Positions 28,275 through 36,672 are shown, counted from the stretch's first letter. The stretch: DNA of 41,634 nt from a virus (IMGVR_UViG_3300042554_000432:1-41634), one strand, 5' to 3'. Notes: generated from the letters alone by a model not told the origin. Numbers and translations: made by a program.

Positions 28275-28608
28275 GGGCGCAGCCTTTGAAATAGAACTGG
28301 CTGATTGGTTTATGACTCAGGGTTTAAACGCACAGCGCCTACCCCGTGCTGGTAGAAACGACATAGGGGATGTGTTCCTTCCTACGGCAAATGACTTTTA
28401 TGTTGTTGAAGCCAAAGCACCTAGAAGGGATGGTCGTATTGACCTGAGTGGGTGGCTACGAGAAGCCTATGTGGAAGCCGAGAACTATCGGATTGCCAAG
28501 AAGTTGGCGATAGCACCTAATCCATTGGTCATAATCAAGGCTGCCAACAAGGGTATTGGTGATGCTTATGTCGTACAAAAGTTGAGTGATGCCCTTGCAA
28601 AACTCTGA
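28249..28608 (+). CDS. Holliday junction resolvase (Hjc-type PD-(D/E)XK)
   Basis: KRRGAAFE, DIGDV, VVEAK; AAGGA RBS before ATG 28249. Confidence 0.8.
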   Translation: MNNQANKRRGAAFEIELADWFMTQGLNAQRLPRAGRNDIGDVFLPTANDFYVVEAKAPRRDGRIDLSGWLREAYVEAENYRIAKKLAIAPNPLVIIKAANKGIGDAYVVQKLSDALAKL

Positions 28609-28969
28609 TAAGAAGCACGACATTGTTACTGTACTGGAACATTACGGGTTTGAAATACCTGTCCGACATGGGTGGATTACCGTGCGTTGCGCCTTCCATG
28701 GTGATAGAGTTAAGTCAGCGCGTTTAAACATAGACAATGGTGGGTTCAGATGCTTCGGCTGCGAGATGGCTGGGGATGTGTATTCAATCATAATGAAAAA
28801 AGAAGGAGTTGGATTTCGTGAGGCTATCAAAATCGCAGAGAGAATTACTGGAATTAGCGAGTCAGAAGTACGCGGAAAACCTAGAACAAGTGATGCCTTA
28901 CCTGAGTCAGAGAGGTATCACCGAACAGACGGCGCGTATGTTCCGCCTAGGCTTCGTAAGCGAGCCTGA
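28589..28969 (+). CDS. DNA primase zinc-binding (CHC2) domain protein
   Basis: CAFHGD..SA..FRCFGC..GDVY. Confidence 0.85.
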   Translation: MPLQNSDKKHDIVTVLEHYGFEIPVRHGWITVRCAFHGDRVKSARLNIDNGGFRCFGCEMAGDVYSIIMKKEGVGFREAIKIAERITGISESEVRGKPRTSDALPESERYHRTDGAYVPPRLRKRA

Positions 28970-29432
28970 GATTGGTCACGAACCATACAGAGAAAAGTTA
29001 TCAATTCCTTATCTAACTCCAACAGGAGTTGTGGACATCCGCTTCCGTAGTTTAAACGGTGACGGACCGAAGTATCTATCAAGACCGGGGGCAAGTACAC
29101 ACATCTATAACATTGCTGCTTTATTCCAAGAGAGTGAGTTGCTTGTTGTATGTGAAGGTGAGATAGACACAATCATTGCTACACAAGCAGGCTTTAGTGC
29201 TGTCGGACTTCCGGGTGCTAATAACTGGAAACCATTTTATGGCAGAGTGCTAGCAGATTGGTCAAAGATTTTGTTGTTTTGTGATGGCGACAATGCTGGT
29301 CGTGAGATGGCAAAGAACTTATCCCGTGAACTAGACAATGTATTTCCCGTATTCATGCCTGAGGGGTGTGATGTTAATGATGTGTTCTTAAACGAGGGCG
29401 CAGACGGGCTACGAAAACGAGCAGGAGTTTAA
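28818..29432 (+). CDS. DNA primase catalytic (TOPRIM) domain protein
   Basis: YLSQRGI, IRFR, PKYL, VCEGEID, CDGDNAG, DVND; AAGGAG RBS before GTG 28818. Confidence 0.88.
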   Translation: MRLSKSQRELLELASQKYAENLEQVMPYLSQRGITEQTARMFRLGFVSEPEIGHEPYREKLSIPYLTPTGVVDIRFRSLNGDGPKYLSRPGASTHIYNIAALFQESELLVVCEGEIDTIIATQAGFSAVGLPGANNWKPFYGRVLADWSKILLFCDGDNAGREMAKNLSRELDNVFPVFMPEGCDVNDVFLNEGADGLRKRAGV

Positions 29433-29436
29433 ACAC

Positions 29437-30192
29437 ATGATTAAAAAAGTCGTGGTACTGAGTGACTATCAAGTACCTTATCAAGATAGAAAGGCAGTTG
29501 CTCTACTCCACGATTTCATTTGGGATTACAAACCCAATGAACTATGGATAGTTGGTGATTGGATTGACCAGCCTGAACCTAGCCGTTGGTCAAGGGGTAA
29601 TGCTGGCGAATACGCAAGAACATTACAGGCTTCCGTTAATGAAGCAACAGATTTACTTGCTGACCTACGCCACATCATGGGTCGCAGACCTATTCATTTT
29701 AAGACTGGCAATCACGACATAAGAGTTGAGAAGTATGTGTCGCAGTATGCGCCCGCACTACGCAGCCTTAGTAGTTTAACGCTAGAGGAAATGCTTGACC
29801 TTGACCGTTTAAACATTACATTGCACCGCAAGCCGGTAGAACTAGCACCGAACTGGTTGCTTGCTCATGGTGACGAAGGTGCTTTAAGTCGTATCGCGGG
29901 CGGAACCGCAATGAATTTAGCAAAACGCTTTGGCAAGAGTGTCGTCTGTGGACACACGCACCGTTTGGGTTTGCAAGCGTTTACAACATCAGTAAATGGA
30001 AAAGTGACGGAACAGTTGTATGGATTTGAGGTGGGAAACATGATGCGTTTAAACGCTGCCCACTATGTGGGCGGGTCTGCCAACTGGCAGCAAGGATTTG
30101 GTTTGTTAACAATCAAAGACCGTCAAGTATTTCCTACTCCTGTGTATCTACACAAGGGTCAATTCATAGTAAACAACAAGCATTATGCCTGA
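29437..30192 (+). CDS. Calcineurin-like metallophosphoesterase
   Basis: SDYQ, GDWID, GNHD, AHG, GHTH. Confidence 0.85.
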   Translation: MIKKVVVLSDYQVPYQDRKAVALLHDFIWDYKPNELWIVGDWIDQPEPSRWSRGNAGEYARTLQASVNEATDLLADLRHIMGRRPIHFKTGNHDIRVEKYVSQYAPALRSLSSLTLEEMLDLDRLNITLHRKPVELAPNWLLAHGDEGALSRIAGGTAMNLAKRFGKSVVCGHTHRLGLQAFTTSVNGKVTEQLYGFEVGNMMRLNAAHYVGGSANWQQGFGLLTIKDRQVFPTPVYLHKGQFIVNNKHYA

Positions 30193-30652
30193 GTTTTTGG
30201 AACCTATCCGTCAGGTGGGCGGTGACGGCAGACGGGAAACTGCTGCCGTTCACGCTTTATCTAGGCTCTATCCGAACTGGCGCTTCTACCCTACGCCTAG
30301 GTTTTACTTTACCGACTTTCATTTAACTTGGTTGCACGACAACGGTAGAGAGAACTACCTAGGCGACATAGAGATTAAGTGGCTGTCCATAGATAGCAGT
30401 ATCCCAGCAATCTTTCCATTTAATAAGTTGCAGCAGATGTTGATTAGCCCACCGTATTTAGATAACCCTGATACTTTCCACCGTATTTGTTTTAGATTTA
30501 CTGATGGAACTTTACTGATACCAGTTAAAGAACTGGCTGGGTTGATGCCTGAGTTTAATGTTCGCCACGATACCAATGAGCGCGACCTTGTGGTGCGAGT
30601 TAATGCTATGATGTTTAAACGCTACTGGTTAGATGTAGTGATAAAGGAGTAA
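30185..30652 (+). CDS. Putative PD-(D/E)XK nuclease-fold protein
   Basis: E helix, TDF..DIEIK, FRFTDG. Confidence 0.5.
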   Translation: MPEFLEPIRQVGGDGRRETAAVHALSRLYPNWRFYPTPRFYFTDFHLTWLHDNGRENYLGDIEIKWLSIDSSIPAIFPFNKLQQMLISPPYLDNPDTFHRICFRFTDGTLLIPVKELAGLMPEFNVRHDTNERDLVVRVNAMMFKRYWLDVVIKE

Positions 30653-30654
30653 GA

Positions 30655-31341
30655 GTGGAGTTAAAGGATGTTGAGCAGTCCCCGCTTTGGGATACCGTTT
30701 ACAAACTAGCGAGGACTGCATCTCGGTATTCAGCCAAGATAAACAAGAACGCTGTTTCTGTTGACGACATTTTTCAGCATCTAATCCTGTGGTCATTAGA
30801 ACATTGGCACAAGATTGATGAGTGGAACGAGCAAGAGTCTTTGCCGTTTAAACTACGCCGCACATTTGCTAACGAAGCGCAGAAGTTCGCAACGAAAGAG
30901 CGTGCCTTCAAGTCCCGTGTATCTACCAATGATTTCTTTTACTATACCCCTGCTATCTTGCATGAATTACTACGAGATGTATGGGATTACGAGGGCTGGT
31001 TAGATGCACCTGATTTGAGCAGCGAGTTCATAAGTAAGAGTGGCAAACCAAGCGAAGGTAATAACCGTATGGCTTTGCTGTCTGATGTAGCCAACGCATT
31101 GCATGGTTTAAACGAGCAAGACAAGAACCTTCTCCGGCAACGATACGCCAATGGTGGCATGGACTTTGATGTGTTAGCCGTTGTGTATGAGATGAGCGAG
31201 GAAGCATTACGCAAGCGTGTGCATAGGGCTATCAAGAAACTTCAAGATAGATTAGGTGGAGAGCCACCGATTTGGACAAACCGCAGGAGAACAGTCAAGT
31301 CAAACGCTCAGGCAAGAGCAGAAACACAGAGGCAAGAGTGA
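30655..31341 (+). CDS. Phage sigma70-family (ECF-like) sigma factor
   Basis: Region 2-like DDIFQ; region 4 HTH LNEQDK..RY..LA..SEEALRKRVHRAIKKL. Confidence 0.75.
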   Translation: MELKDVEQSPLWDTVYKLARTASRYSAKINKNAVSVDDIFQHLILWSLEHWHKIDEWNEQESLPFKLRRTFANEAQKFATKERAFKSRVSTNDFFYYTPAILHELLRDVWDYEGWLDAPDLSSEFISKSGKPSEGNNRMALLSDVANALHGLNEQDKNLLRQRYANGGMDFDVLAVVYEMSEEALRKRVHRAIKKLQDRLGGEPPIWTNRRRTVKSNAQARAETQRQE

Positions 31342-31538
31342 AAGACTTTGGGAGAGCATCCGTTAATGTTGGTTTAAACAAGTTGTATGCCTTTGGTTTA
31401 GGCTTTGATTACTACCCAGTTGTTGAGATGATAGAGGATACCAATGATGCATTAGTCCTTGCCCGTGCTTTGCATTTAGATTTTCTTTTCTTTTTTATTC
31501 AGATAACAGTCTATCCGAAAGTGAGATGGTACGAATAA
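31338..31538 (+). CDS. Hypothetical protein
   Basis: GTGA overlap with the sigma gene stop; TAATG coupling downstream. Confidence 0.5.
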   Translation: MKDFGRASVNVGLNKLYAFGLGFDYYPVVEMIEDTNDALVLARALHLDFLFFFIQITVYPKVRWYE

Positions 31539-32071
31539 TGATTATCGGATTATCGGGCTATGCCCAATCAGGTAAAGATACAGTTGCAGAACTATTGTGT
31601 TTAAACTATGGGTTCAAACGCATTTCATTTGCGCTACCTATGCGTGATGCTGTCTATACATTGAACCCTTTTCTTGAAAGTGGTAATCGTGTTGCAGATT
31701 TAGTTGATGAGTATGGTTGGGATGTAGCCAAGGGCAATGCGGAAGTCCGTAGGTTGCTGCAAGTATTTGGAACTGATGTTGGTCGTGAATTATTTGGTGA
31801 AACATTTTGGATTGACCAAGCGTTTAAACGAGCAGACGAATACCAGCGAGTAGTATTTTCTGATGTGCGTTTCCCTAATGAAGCCAAGGCTATTCAAGAT
31901 AAAGGTGGTGATGTATGGCGTATCAATCGTCATAACCACGCACCAGTTAATCATCACATCTCAGAGCATGCAATGGATAATCATTTGTTTAAACATGTAA
32001 TCTACAATGATGGAACTCTTGATGAATTAAGTGATGAAGTCTTTATGCTTGCTAAAGAACTAGGGCTATAA
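31538..32071 (+). CDS. Deoxynucleoside monophosphate kinase
   Basis: IIGLSGYAQSGKDT, SFA, RRLLQVFGT, SDVRFPNE, HISE. Confidence 0.9.
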   Translation: MIIGLSGYAQSGKDTVAELLCLNYGFKRISFALPMRDAVYTLNPFLESGNRVADLVDEYGWDVAKGNAEVRRLLQVFGTDVGRELFGETFWIDQAFKRADEYQRVVFSDVRFPNEAKAIQDKGGDVWRINRHNHAPVNHHISEHAMDNHLFKHVIYNDGTLDELSDEVFMLAKELGL

Positions 32072-32114
32072 AAGGAACAACACCCGCTGGGACTGGAACC
32101 ATTGGGTGTTGTTC
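32068..32114 (-). terminator. Intrinsic terminator after whiB
   Basis: GAACAACACCC/GGGTGTTGTTC 11-bp stem, followed by CTTTT on the minus strand; between convergent operons. Confidence 0.7.
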
Positions 32115-32127
32115 AGGGTAAAACTTA

Positions 32128-32475
32128 TCAGATTAAATGCTTGCTTGCAAGTGATGGGTCAGCAACTCCAATCCTTTGAGCGTGTCGTATCCGCCTTCTA
32201 TCATGGGGGCTAGTGCCTGCCCAAATCCCTTCTCGTTCATGGCACAACGCCCACTCTAAACACATGGCTTTAACTGGACAATCACCACACATCCGTTTAA
32301 ACAACGCTCGCTGGTCTGATGTTAGTTCATTGTTCTCAGGATAAAACAATTCCGTATCAATCCCCACACAATTACCCTTCGCAAACTCGGTTGAGTTATA
32401 CGAAAGATAATTGTATGAAAGGTCTGCTATTTCTTTGCTTGCTATTACTCTATGATGTTGTGGTTTAAACGACAT
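32128..32475 (-). CDS. whiB: WhiB-family Fe-S transcription factor
   Basis: C..ELFYP..CGDCPVKAMC..GIWAG; start uncertain. Confidence 0.9.
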   Translation of the reverse strand: MSFKPQHHRVIASKEIADLSYNYLSYNSTEFAKGNCVGIDTELFYPENNELTSDQRALFKRMCGDCPVKAMCLEWALCHEREGIWAGTSPHDRRRIRHAQRIGVADPSLASKHLI

Positions 32476-33005
32476 CAATACCACCGCTTGGCAAGGAAGT
32501 GTGCGTATGCTTTGCACGGGGAACCTGCGTAGCGGTGGTCAATGTAAGCAAGCCCTGCTTGGACTTGGATGTATCCGTCAGATGTCTTTTCGTATCCGAC
32601 ATTTTTCCATGTGGCTGGCATGAATTGTGCTATGCCGTATGCGCCACTTGATTTGTTATGTGCTGCGCTGCGCCAATTACTTTCGGCAGTCCACAACGCC
32701 CACAAACACGACCATTGTTCTACTTGATTGCGTTGCATAAGTAGATTGATGGCATGTAATTGGTAATCGTTAGTGTGATAAGCAACCAACCCAACCGCTG
32801 GCTGCGGTGGGGTGGCTGATGAGATGGCTTTACTTGGTGCTGCTTGGTAGCCAACGAGTAAGCCTAATGCAAACGCTGTTGCTGCTACCGTTTTAACTCC
32901 ACGGGTAGTCAGGTTGCTGCGTTTAAACTTACGCCTTCTCATTTGTCGGCTTGGCTTTGATGTTTCTTTGAGTTGCGGTTGGTAATTAGGTTTCTCATGT
33001 TTCAT
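32475..33005 (-). CDS. Membrane-anchored lytic transglycosylase (SLT-like)
   Basis: TM segment, then AESNW, AYGIAQF, YIDHRY. Confidence 0.85.
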   Translation of the reverse strand: MKHEKPNYQPQLKETSKPSRQMRRRKFKRSNLTTRGVKTVAATAFALGLLVGYQAAPSKAISSATPPQPAVGLVAYHTNDYQLHAINLLMQRNQVEQWSCLWALWTAESNWRSAAHNKSSGAYGIAQFMPATWKNVGYEKTSDGYIQVQAGLAYIDHRYAGSPCKAYAHFLAKRWY

Positions 33006-33373
33006 GCTGCCTTCTCCCACTCATGTAGTTCTCTTGCTGTCCAAAAGTTTTCTACTGTTTCAAGCCAATGCTGGCTGATGTCGGTATCGTATCCTTCACC
33101 ATCATCTGTGCCAACAATAATCATGTTGCCTTTGATGTTGTCCCAATAGGTGATGTTGCCAGCCAATAGGCACAACAAGGTTGCGTTGTTGTTGAAGTCA
33201 AGGTCGTGCAGTTTACCTTCTTCATTTATGTATGCAGTTGCGTTAGGCAAACGCATGATTTCAATAAGTCCGCCTACGCTCTCTTGCATTTTTTCTAGTG
33301 AGTCAAATACCCTGCGTGCGTATGTGCCATCAGGATAAAGGACAACACCCTTGGTTGCTGGATGACTACCCAT
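33002..33373 (-). CDS. DUF3846-like protein
   Basis: LEKMQESVGGLIE..INEEGK..N..AT..IKGN; GGAAGG RBS before ATG 33373. Confidence 0.75.
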   Translation of the reverse strand: MGSHPATKGVVLYPDGTYARRVFDSLEKMQESVGGLIEIMRLPNATAYINEEGKLHDLDFNNNATLLCLLAGNITYWDNIKGNMIIVGTDDGEGYDTDISQHWLETVENFWTARELHEWEKAA

Positions 33374-33375
33374 GT

Positions 33376-33591
33376 TTAAACCCTTCCCTTCGTATGCATC
33401 TTTGACCATTGACCTTCAACGGCTGTGTTGATTTCTGTTCTTATCGCTTTCGCCTGTGCTGCAACGATTGCGATTGCATTATCTTGCGGATGGAAGTAAG
33501 CAAGATTACTGACTGTGCTTAGCACTCCATCTAACTTATTAGCGGTGTCGTACCAAATCAACACGCCATTTTCAAATACTTGAACGGTCAT
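33376..33591 (-). CDS. Hypothetical early protein
   Basis: 71 aa, GGAG RBS, tight packing. Confidence 0.65.
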   Translation of the reverse strand: MTVQVFENGVLIWYDTANKLDGVLSTVSNLAYFHPQDNAIAIVAAQAKAIRTEINTAVEGQWSKMHTKGRV

Positions 33592-33593
33592 GT

Positions 33594-33932
33594 TTACTCC
33601 AGTTCCATTGCGTTTAAACGGTCATGTTCATCTAACATGTCCTGTATGTGGTTAACAACCCTGCCTTCGCCTTTGTCTATACATAGGGCATCCAGTTGGA
33701 TTGCTAAGTTATAGTGTCCATCATCCCCTTCTTTGGGTTGATAAGTTGGAACCCACTCAGGTTCAAGATTGTATTCAGCATGGTTCTCATCTTTAAACCA
33801 CCACATTTTGTAGCCTTCTCGTTCATCCCATAGGAGATGAACATAGTATTCCTCACCTTCGTATGTAAAGGTGATGTCCTTTGTCCATACTCGGTCAATG
33901 TGGTTGTGCTTTTGCACTTTTATTTTAGCCAT
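33594..33932 (-). CDS. Hypothetical early protein
   Basis: ATG at 33932 after an AGGA RBS; 112 aa. Confidence 0.65.
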   Translation of the reverse strand: MAKIKVQKHNHIDRVWTKDITFTYEGEEYYVHLLWDEREGYKMWWFKDENHAEYNLEPEWVPTYQPKEGDDGHYNLAIQLDALCIDKGEGRVVNHIQDMLDEHDRLNAMELE

Positions 33933-33934
33933 GT

Positions 33935-34150
33935 TTAAACACTTTCCTGAACTGTTTGCACTCGCATTTGCTGCCCACAAAAACGCACTTGCCACTCAAT
34001 GGCTAGCGCCTTTGCTTGCTTTAAACTTTCTGCATAGAAAGTCTGTGGTTCCCACTCTTTCTTTGTTGCTTTGTTGTAGAGAACCAGTAGATAGGGTTTC
34101 TTATTGTCGCCCTGTTTCCACATGGCTTCCACTTGTTCATCTGTAAACAT
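33935..34150 (-). CDS. Hypothetical early protein
   Basis: 71 aa, GAAAGGCTGGA RBS. Confidence 0.65.
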   Translation of the reverse strand: MFTDEQVEAMWKQGDNKKPYLLVLYNKATKKEWEPQTFYAESLKQAKALAIEWQVRFCGQQMRVQTVQESV

Positions 34151-34179
34151 GTCCAGCCTTTCTGTTAGTTGGTCTATAA

Positions 34180-34210
34180 ATTATCTCATGCCGTATTCGT
34201 GTTAAGTCAA
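34180..34210 (-). promoter_or_regulatory. Possible sigma70-type promoter
   Basis: TTGACT (34210-34205) and TGn-GATAAT (34185-34180); 19-bp spacer is long; AT-rich upstream. Confidence 0.4.
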
Positions 34211-34474
34211 GCACATTTAAAAAAAATTCATAACAATTTTGTTATCTTTGTTTAAACATTATTAGCACTCTCACCCCGGCTTTGCTAACTGGTAAGCGTT
34301 TAAACATTTACCATGCCACCACCACCGCCACCGCCACCTAGTTGGAATACGACACGCGTTTAAACACTTGGCTTGTGCCATGTGCTAGACTCACTTTTGT
34401 TTTGCTAAAGCAAAACAAAAGCGGGGCAAATAGGACATCTGTTTAAACACTTTAATTATCCACAACTTTTACAC

Positions 34475-34510
34475 AAAAAAATAACCCCGCCATTTCTGAC
34501 GGGGCTATCT
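34475..34510 (-). terminator. Intrinsic terminator after the GATase gene
   Basis: CCCCGTCA-GAAA-TGGCGGGG stem followed by TTATTTTTTT on the minus strand. Confidence 0.8.
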
Positions 34511-34522
34511 TGGTATCGCTGT

Positions 34523-35323
34523 TTAGTAGTTCAGCATGCTGTGTTCTGTGATTTCGTTCCACTCATCATCATCATCAAACGCCATGTTGCGCCAATCGTA
34601 GGTGAAAGAGTTTCGGTATGGTTTAAACATCTCCCACTCCACAATCACGCCATCTTTAACTTTAAAATACTCGCCTTCGTTGGCTTCGTATGTCCAGTCA
34701 AGGCGTGTATCTAACATAGTGGCTGCATTTTCTACGGTGTCTAAGGTTGAACCGTAAACCAATGAGCCACGCTTGGTCTGACCAATCCACAATGGGGATG
34801 AGTTAACCCGTGCAAGGTGCAGCAGATTAGATGCGCCTTGTTCAATCCATGCCAGCGCTGCTGTGCCTTGGATAGTGGGCAGCAATTCGGTTGGATGTTG
34901 GGCAGATAATCCCAGCAATGCAGCCACGGCTTCTGAGTCAACCTTGCCGTTGCGTGCAACCTTCAACTGTTTAAACAACTCCCTGTCGTTGCTGATGTGT
35001 CCGTTGTGCGTTAACACAATCTTGCCACGGGGGATGGGATGGTTGTTGTTGTTATCCTTTGGGTCGCCTTGTGTAGCCCAGCGGGTATGCAGAATTGCGG
35101 TCTGTGCATTTCGGCATAGGTCTTTGTTGTATTGCACGAACTTGGTCGCTGGGATAGCAGCCTTTAGGATTACACGGTTGCCGTTGGCAGGGTTAATCCA
35201 TGCGCTGCCCGTGGCATGTTGTCCACGGTGTTCAATGTCCAGCAGCATCTGACCTGCAAGGTCAGCAACGCTGGCGCGTTGATGTTCTTTAGGGTTAAGG
35301 CAATAGCCTGCAATTCCACACAT
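34523..35323 (-). CDS. Class II (Ntn) glutamine amidotransferase
   Basis: MCGIAG, HRGQHATG, HTRWATQG, NNHP, HNGHISN, VDSE. Confidence 0.92.
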   Translation of the reverse strand: MCGIAGYCLNPKEHQRASVADLAGQMLLDIEHRGQHATGSAWINPANGNRVILKAAIPATKFVQYNKDLCRNAQTAILHTRWATQGDPKDNNNNHPIPRGKIVLTHNGHISNDRELFKQLKVARNGKVDSEAVAALLGLSAQHPTELLPTIQGTAALAWIEQGASNLLHLARVNSSPLWIGQTKRGSLVYGSTLDTVENAATMLDTRLDWTYEANEGEYFKVKDGVIVEWEMFKPYRNSFTYDWRNMAFDDDDEWNEITEHSMLNY

Positions 35324-35352
35324 AATTTTTTCCAGTCCTTTCGTTGATGTTA

Positions 35353-35538
35353 TTAAGTGAAGTTTACCACGCGACCCGTTGTTCGTTCAAACACCTTGTT
35401 TAAACGGGGGTCTAGTTGGTTTAGATACCGTGCATCTTGTTCGGTGTATAGCCCAGCGAACTTGCGCCCGCTGGGGTCAACACCATGCACAATAAATAAT
35501 GGGGCTGTCGTGATAAGGCTGTCGCGGTCATCACTCAT
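35353..35538 (-). CDS. Hypothetical early protein
   Basis: 61 aa, GGAG RBS. Confidence 0.6.
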   Translation of the reverse strand: MSDDRDSLITTAPLFIVHGVDPSGRKFAGLYTEQDARYLNQLDPRLNKVFERTTGRVVNFT

Positions 35539-35677
35539 TGTTTAAACACTCCAACATTTCTCCCCAGCAGTATCCGTTTTCTGTCCACCATAAGTTAGTT
35601 GAAATTTCAACCAAACCTAATAGCAGCAGGGCAGATACAAAACCTGCAACAAACCAACCACGATTAGTTAGTTTCAT
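35531..35677 (-). CDS. Small membrane protein (48 aa, MKLTNRGWFVAG...)
   Basis: Manual translation; one TM helix; AGGT RBS. Confidence 0.65.
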   Translation of the reverse strand: MKLTNRGWFVAGFVSALLLLGLVEISTNLWWTENGYCWGEMLECLNNE

Positions 35678-35679
35678 GT

Positions 35680-35835
35680 TTAAACACCTGCCTTCATGCC
35701 TGCTTGGTAGATTTCAACAAGCCGTTCAGTTATTAACTTTTGGGCTTGGGTTTCATTAGCCATTGATGCTTCAAAATAAAGTATCTGATTTGCTTGGTCG
35801 CGCAATTCAGCCATTATTTTTTTTGATAGTGCCAT
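35680..35835 (-). CDS. Small helical protein (51 aa, MALSKKIMAE...)
   Basis: Manual translation; GAAAGGACTGGA RBS. Confidence 0.65.
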   Translation of the reverse strand: MALSKKIMAELRDQANQILYFEASMANETQAQKLITERLVEIYQAGMKAGV

Positions 35836-35855
35836 GGTTCCAGTCCTTTCGTTTA

Positions 35856-35930
35856 AACGGTCAGCAGATTTTGCTAACCGTTAGTGGGCTGCTGGGAATT
35901 GCACCCAGTCAACGGCTATCCCGTCAGCCC
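35856..35930 (-). ncRNA. Candidate tRNA-like mini-element plus 11-bp hairpin
   Basis: GGGCTG/CAGCCC stem, ACGG/CCGT arm, CTGGG-TGCAATT-CCCAG T-arm-like hairpin. Confidence 0.35.
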
Positions 35931-35937
35931 TGCCCGC

Positions 35938-36672
35938 CTATTGGCGGGCTGCTAGTTCCTCAGCCCTGCCGTTAAGGTAGGTTGCGGTCTTTTGGCTTAG
36001 ATACTCATTGCCAACCAACCCACGCAATAAATCTGCAAGGTTGTTTAAACGGGCAGCGGGATTGTTGCCAGCGTGGTCGGCTGGTTCAAGCACGATACCT
36101 GCCTTAGCAGCCTCAGCCATGGCGTTGCAAAATTCTGCCCATGCCTTGATTTTGCTGCCGTTAAGTGTGCCGTGGTGTAGGCGGATTTCAACCGTGCCGT
36201 GGCGGTCATAACTGGCTAGATTGAGTGAGTAGTAGCGACCACCGCCGACATTGTGAACCTGACCATTTCTGACCATTTCTGCGTTGCGCTCAGCATCAAG
36301 CAGGCTGATTGGTCGGCAGAACCCGTTGTTTAAACGGGATGGTGCAACCAGCGCACCGATTGTGTCGTGAGCAGCAGCCCAGTTCACAACAAGGTTGGCA
36401 ATACCGTTTAAACCGTAATGCTCAACGCCTAAGTGGACATGGTAGCCAGTTTGCTTGTTGACCGTAGCACCAGCAGCAGCCAGCGCACGGGCAGCGGTTG
36501 TGCATTGGTTCAAGGTGTCTGAACCTAGGATTGGTGAAACCGCCTCAGCAGATACGCCACGGGTTCCATCAGGCTTAACCGACCAATTCAAGCCAGCACG
36601 GTTAAGCAGGGTTTGAGCGCTGCCGATTGAAAGGCTGCTCATTTCTAGTTCTATGCCGTAGGTGGTAGCCAT
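35938..36672 (-). CDS. Putative amidoligase (COOH-NH2 ligase, Amidoligase_2-like)
   Basis: YGIELE, DGT, EAVSP, TGYHVHLG, RYYSLN, TVEIR. Confidence 0.88.
   Translation of the reverse strand: MATTYGIELEMSSLSIGSAQTLLNRAGLNWSVKPDGTRGVSAEAVSPILGSDTLNQCTTAARALAAAGATVNKQTGYHVHLGVEHYGLNGIANLVVNWAAAHDTIGALVAPSRLNNGFCRPISLLDAERNAEMVRNGQVHNVGGGRYYSLNLASYDRHGTVEIRLHHGTLNGSKIKAWAEFCNAMAEAAKAGIVLEPADHAGNNPAARLNNLADLLRGLVGNEYLSQKTATYLNGRAEELAARQ

Noticed and set aside
35882-35930. Canonical tRNA gene
   Set aside because: Only about 49 nt, lacks one arm, has a TGC rather than TTC T-loop and no CCA; kept only as a tRNA-like candidate
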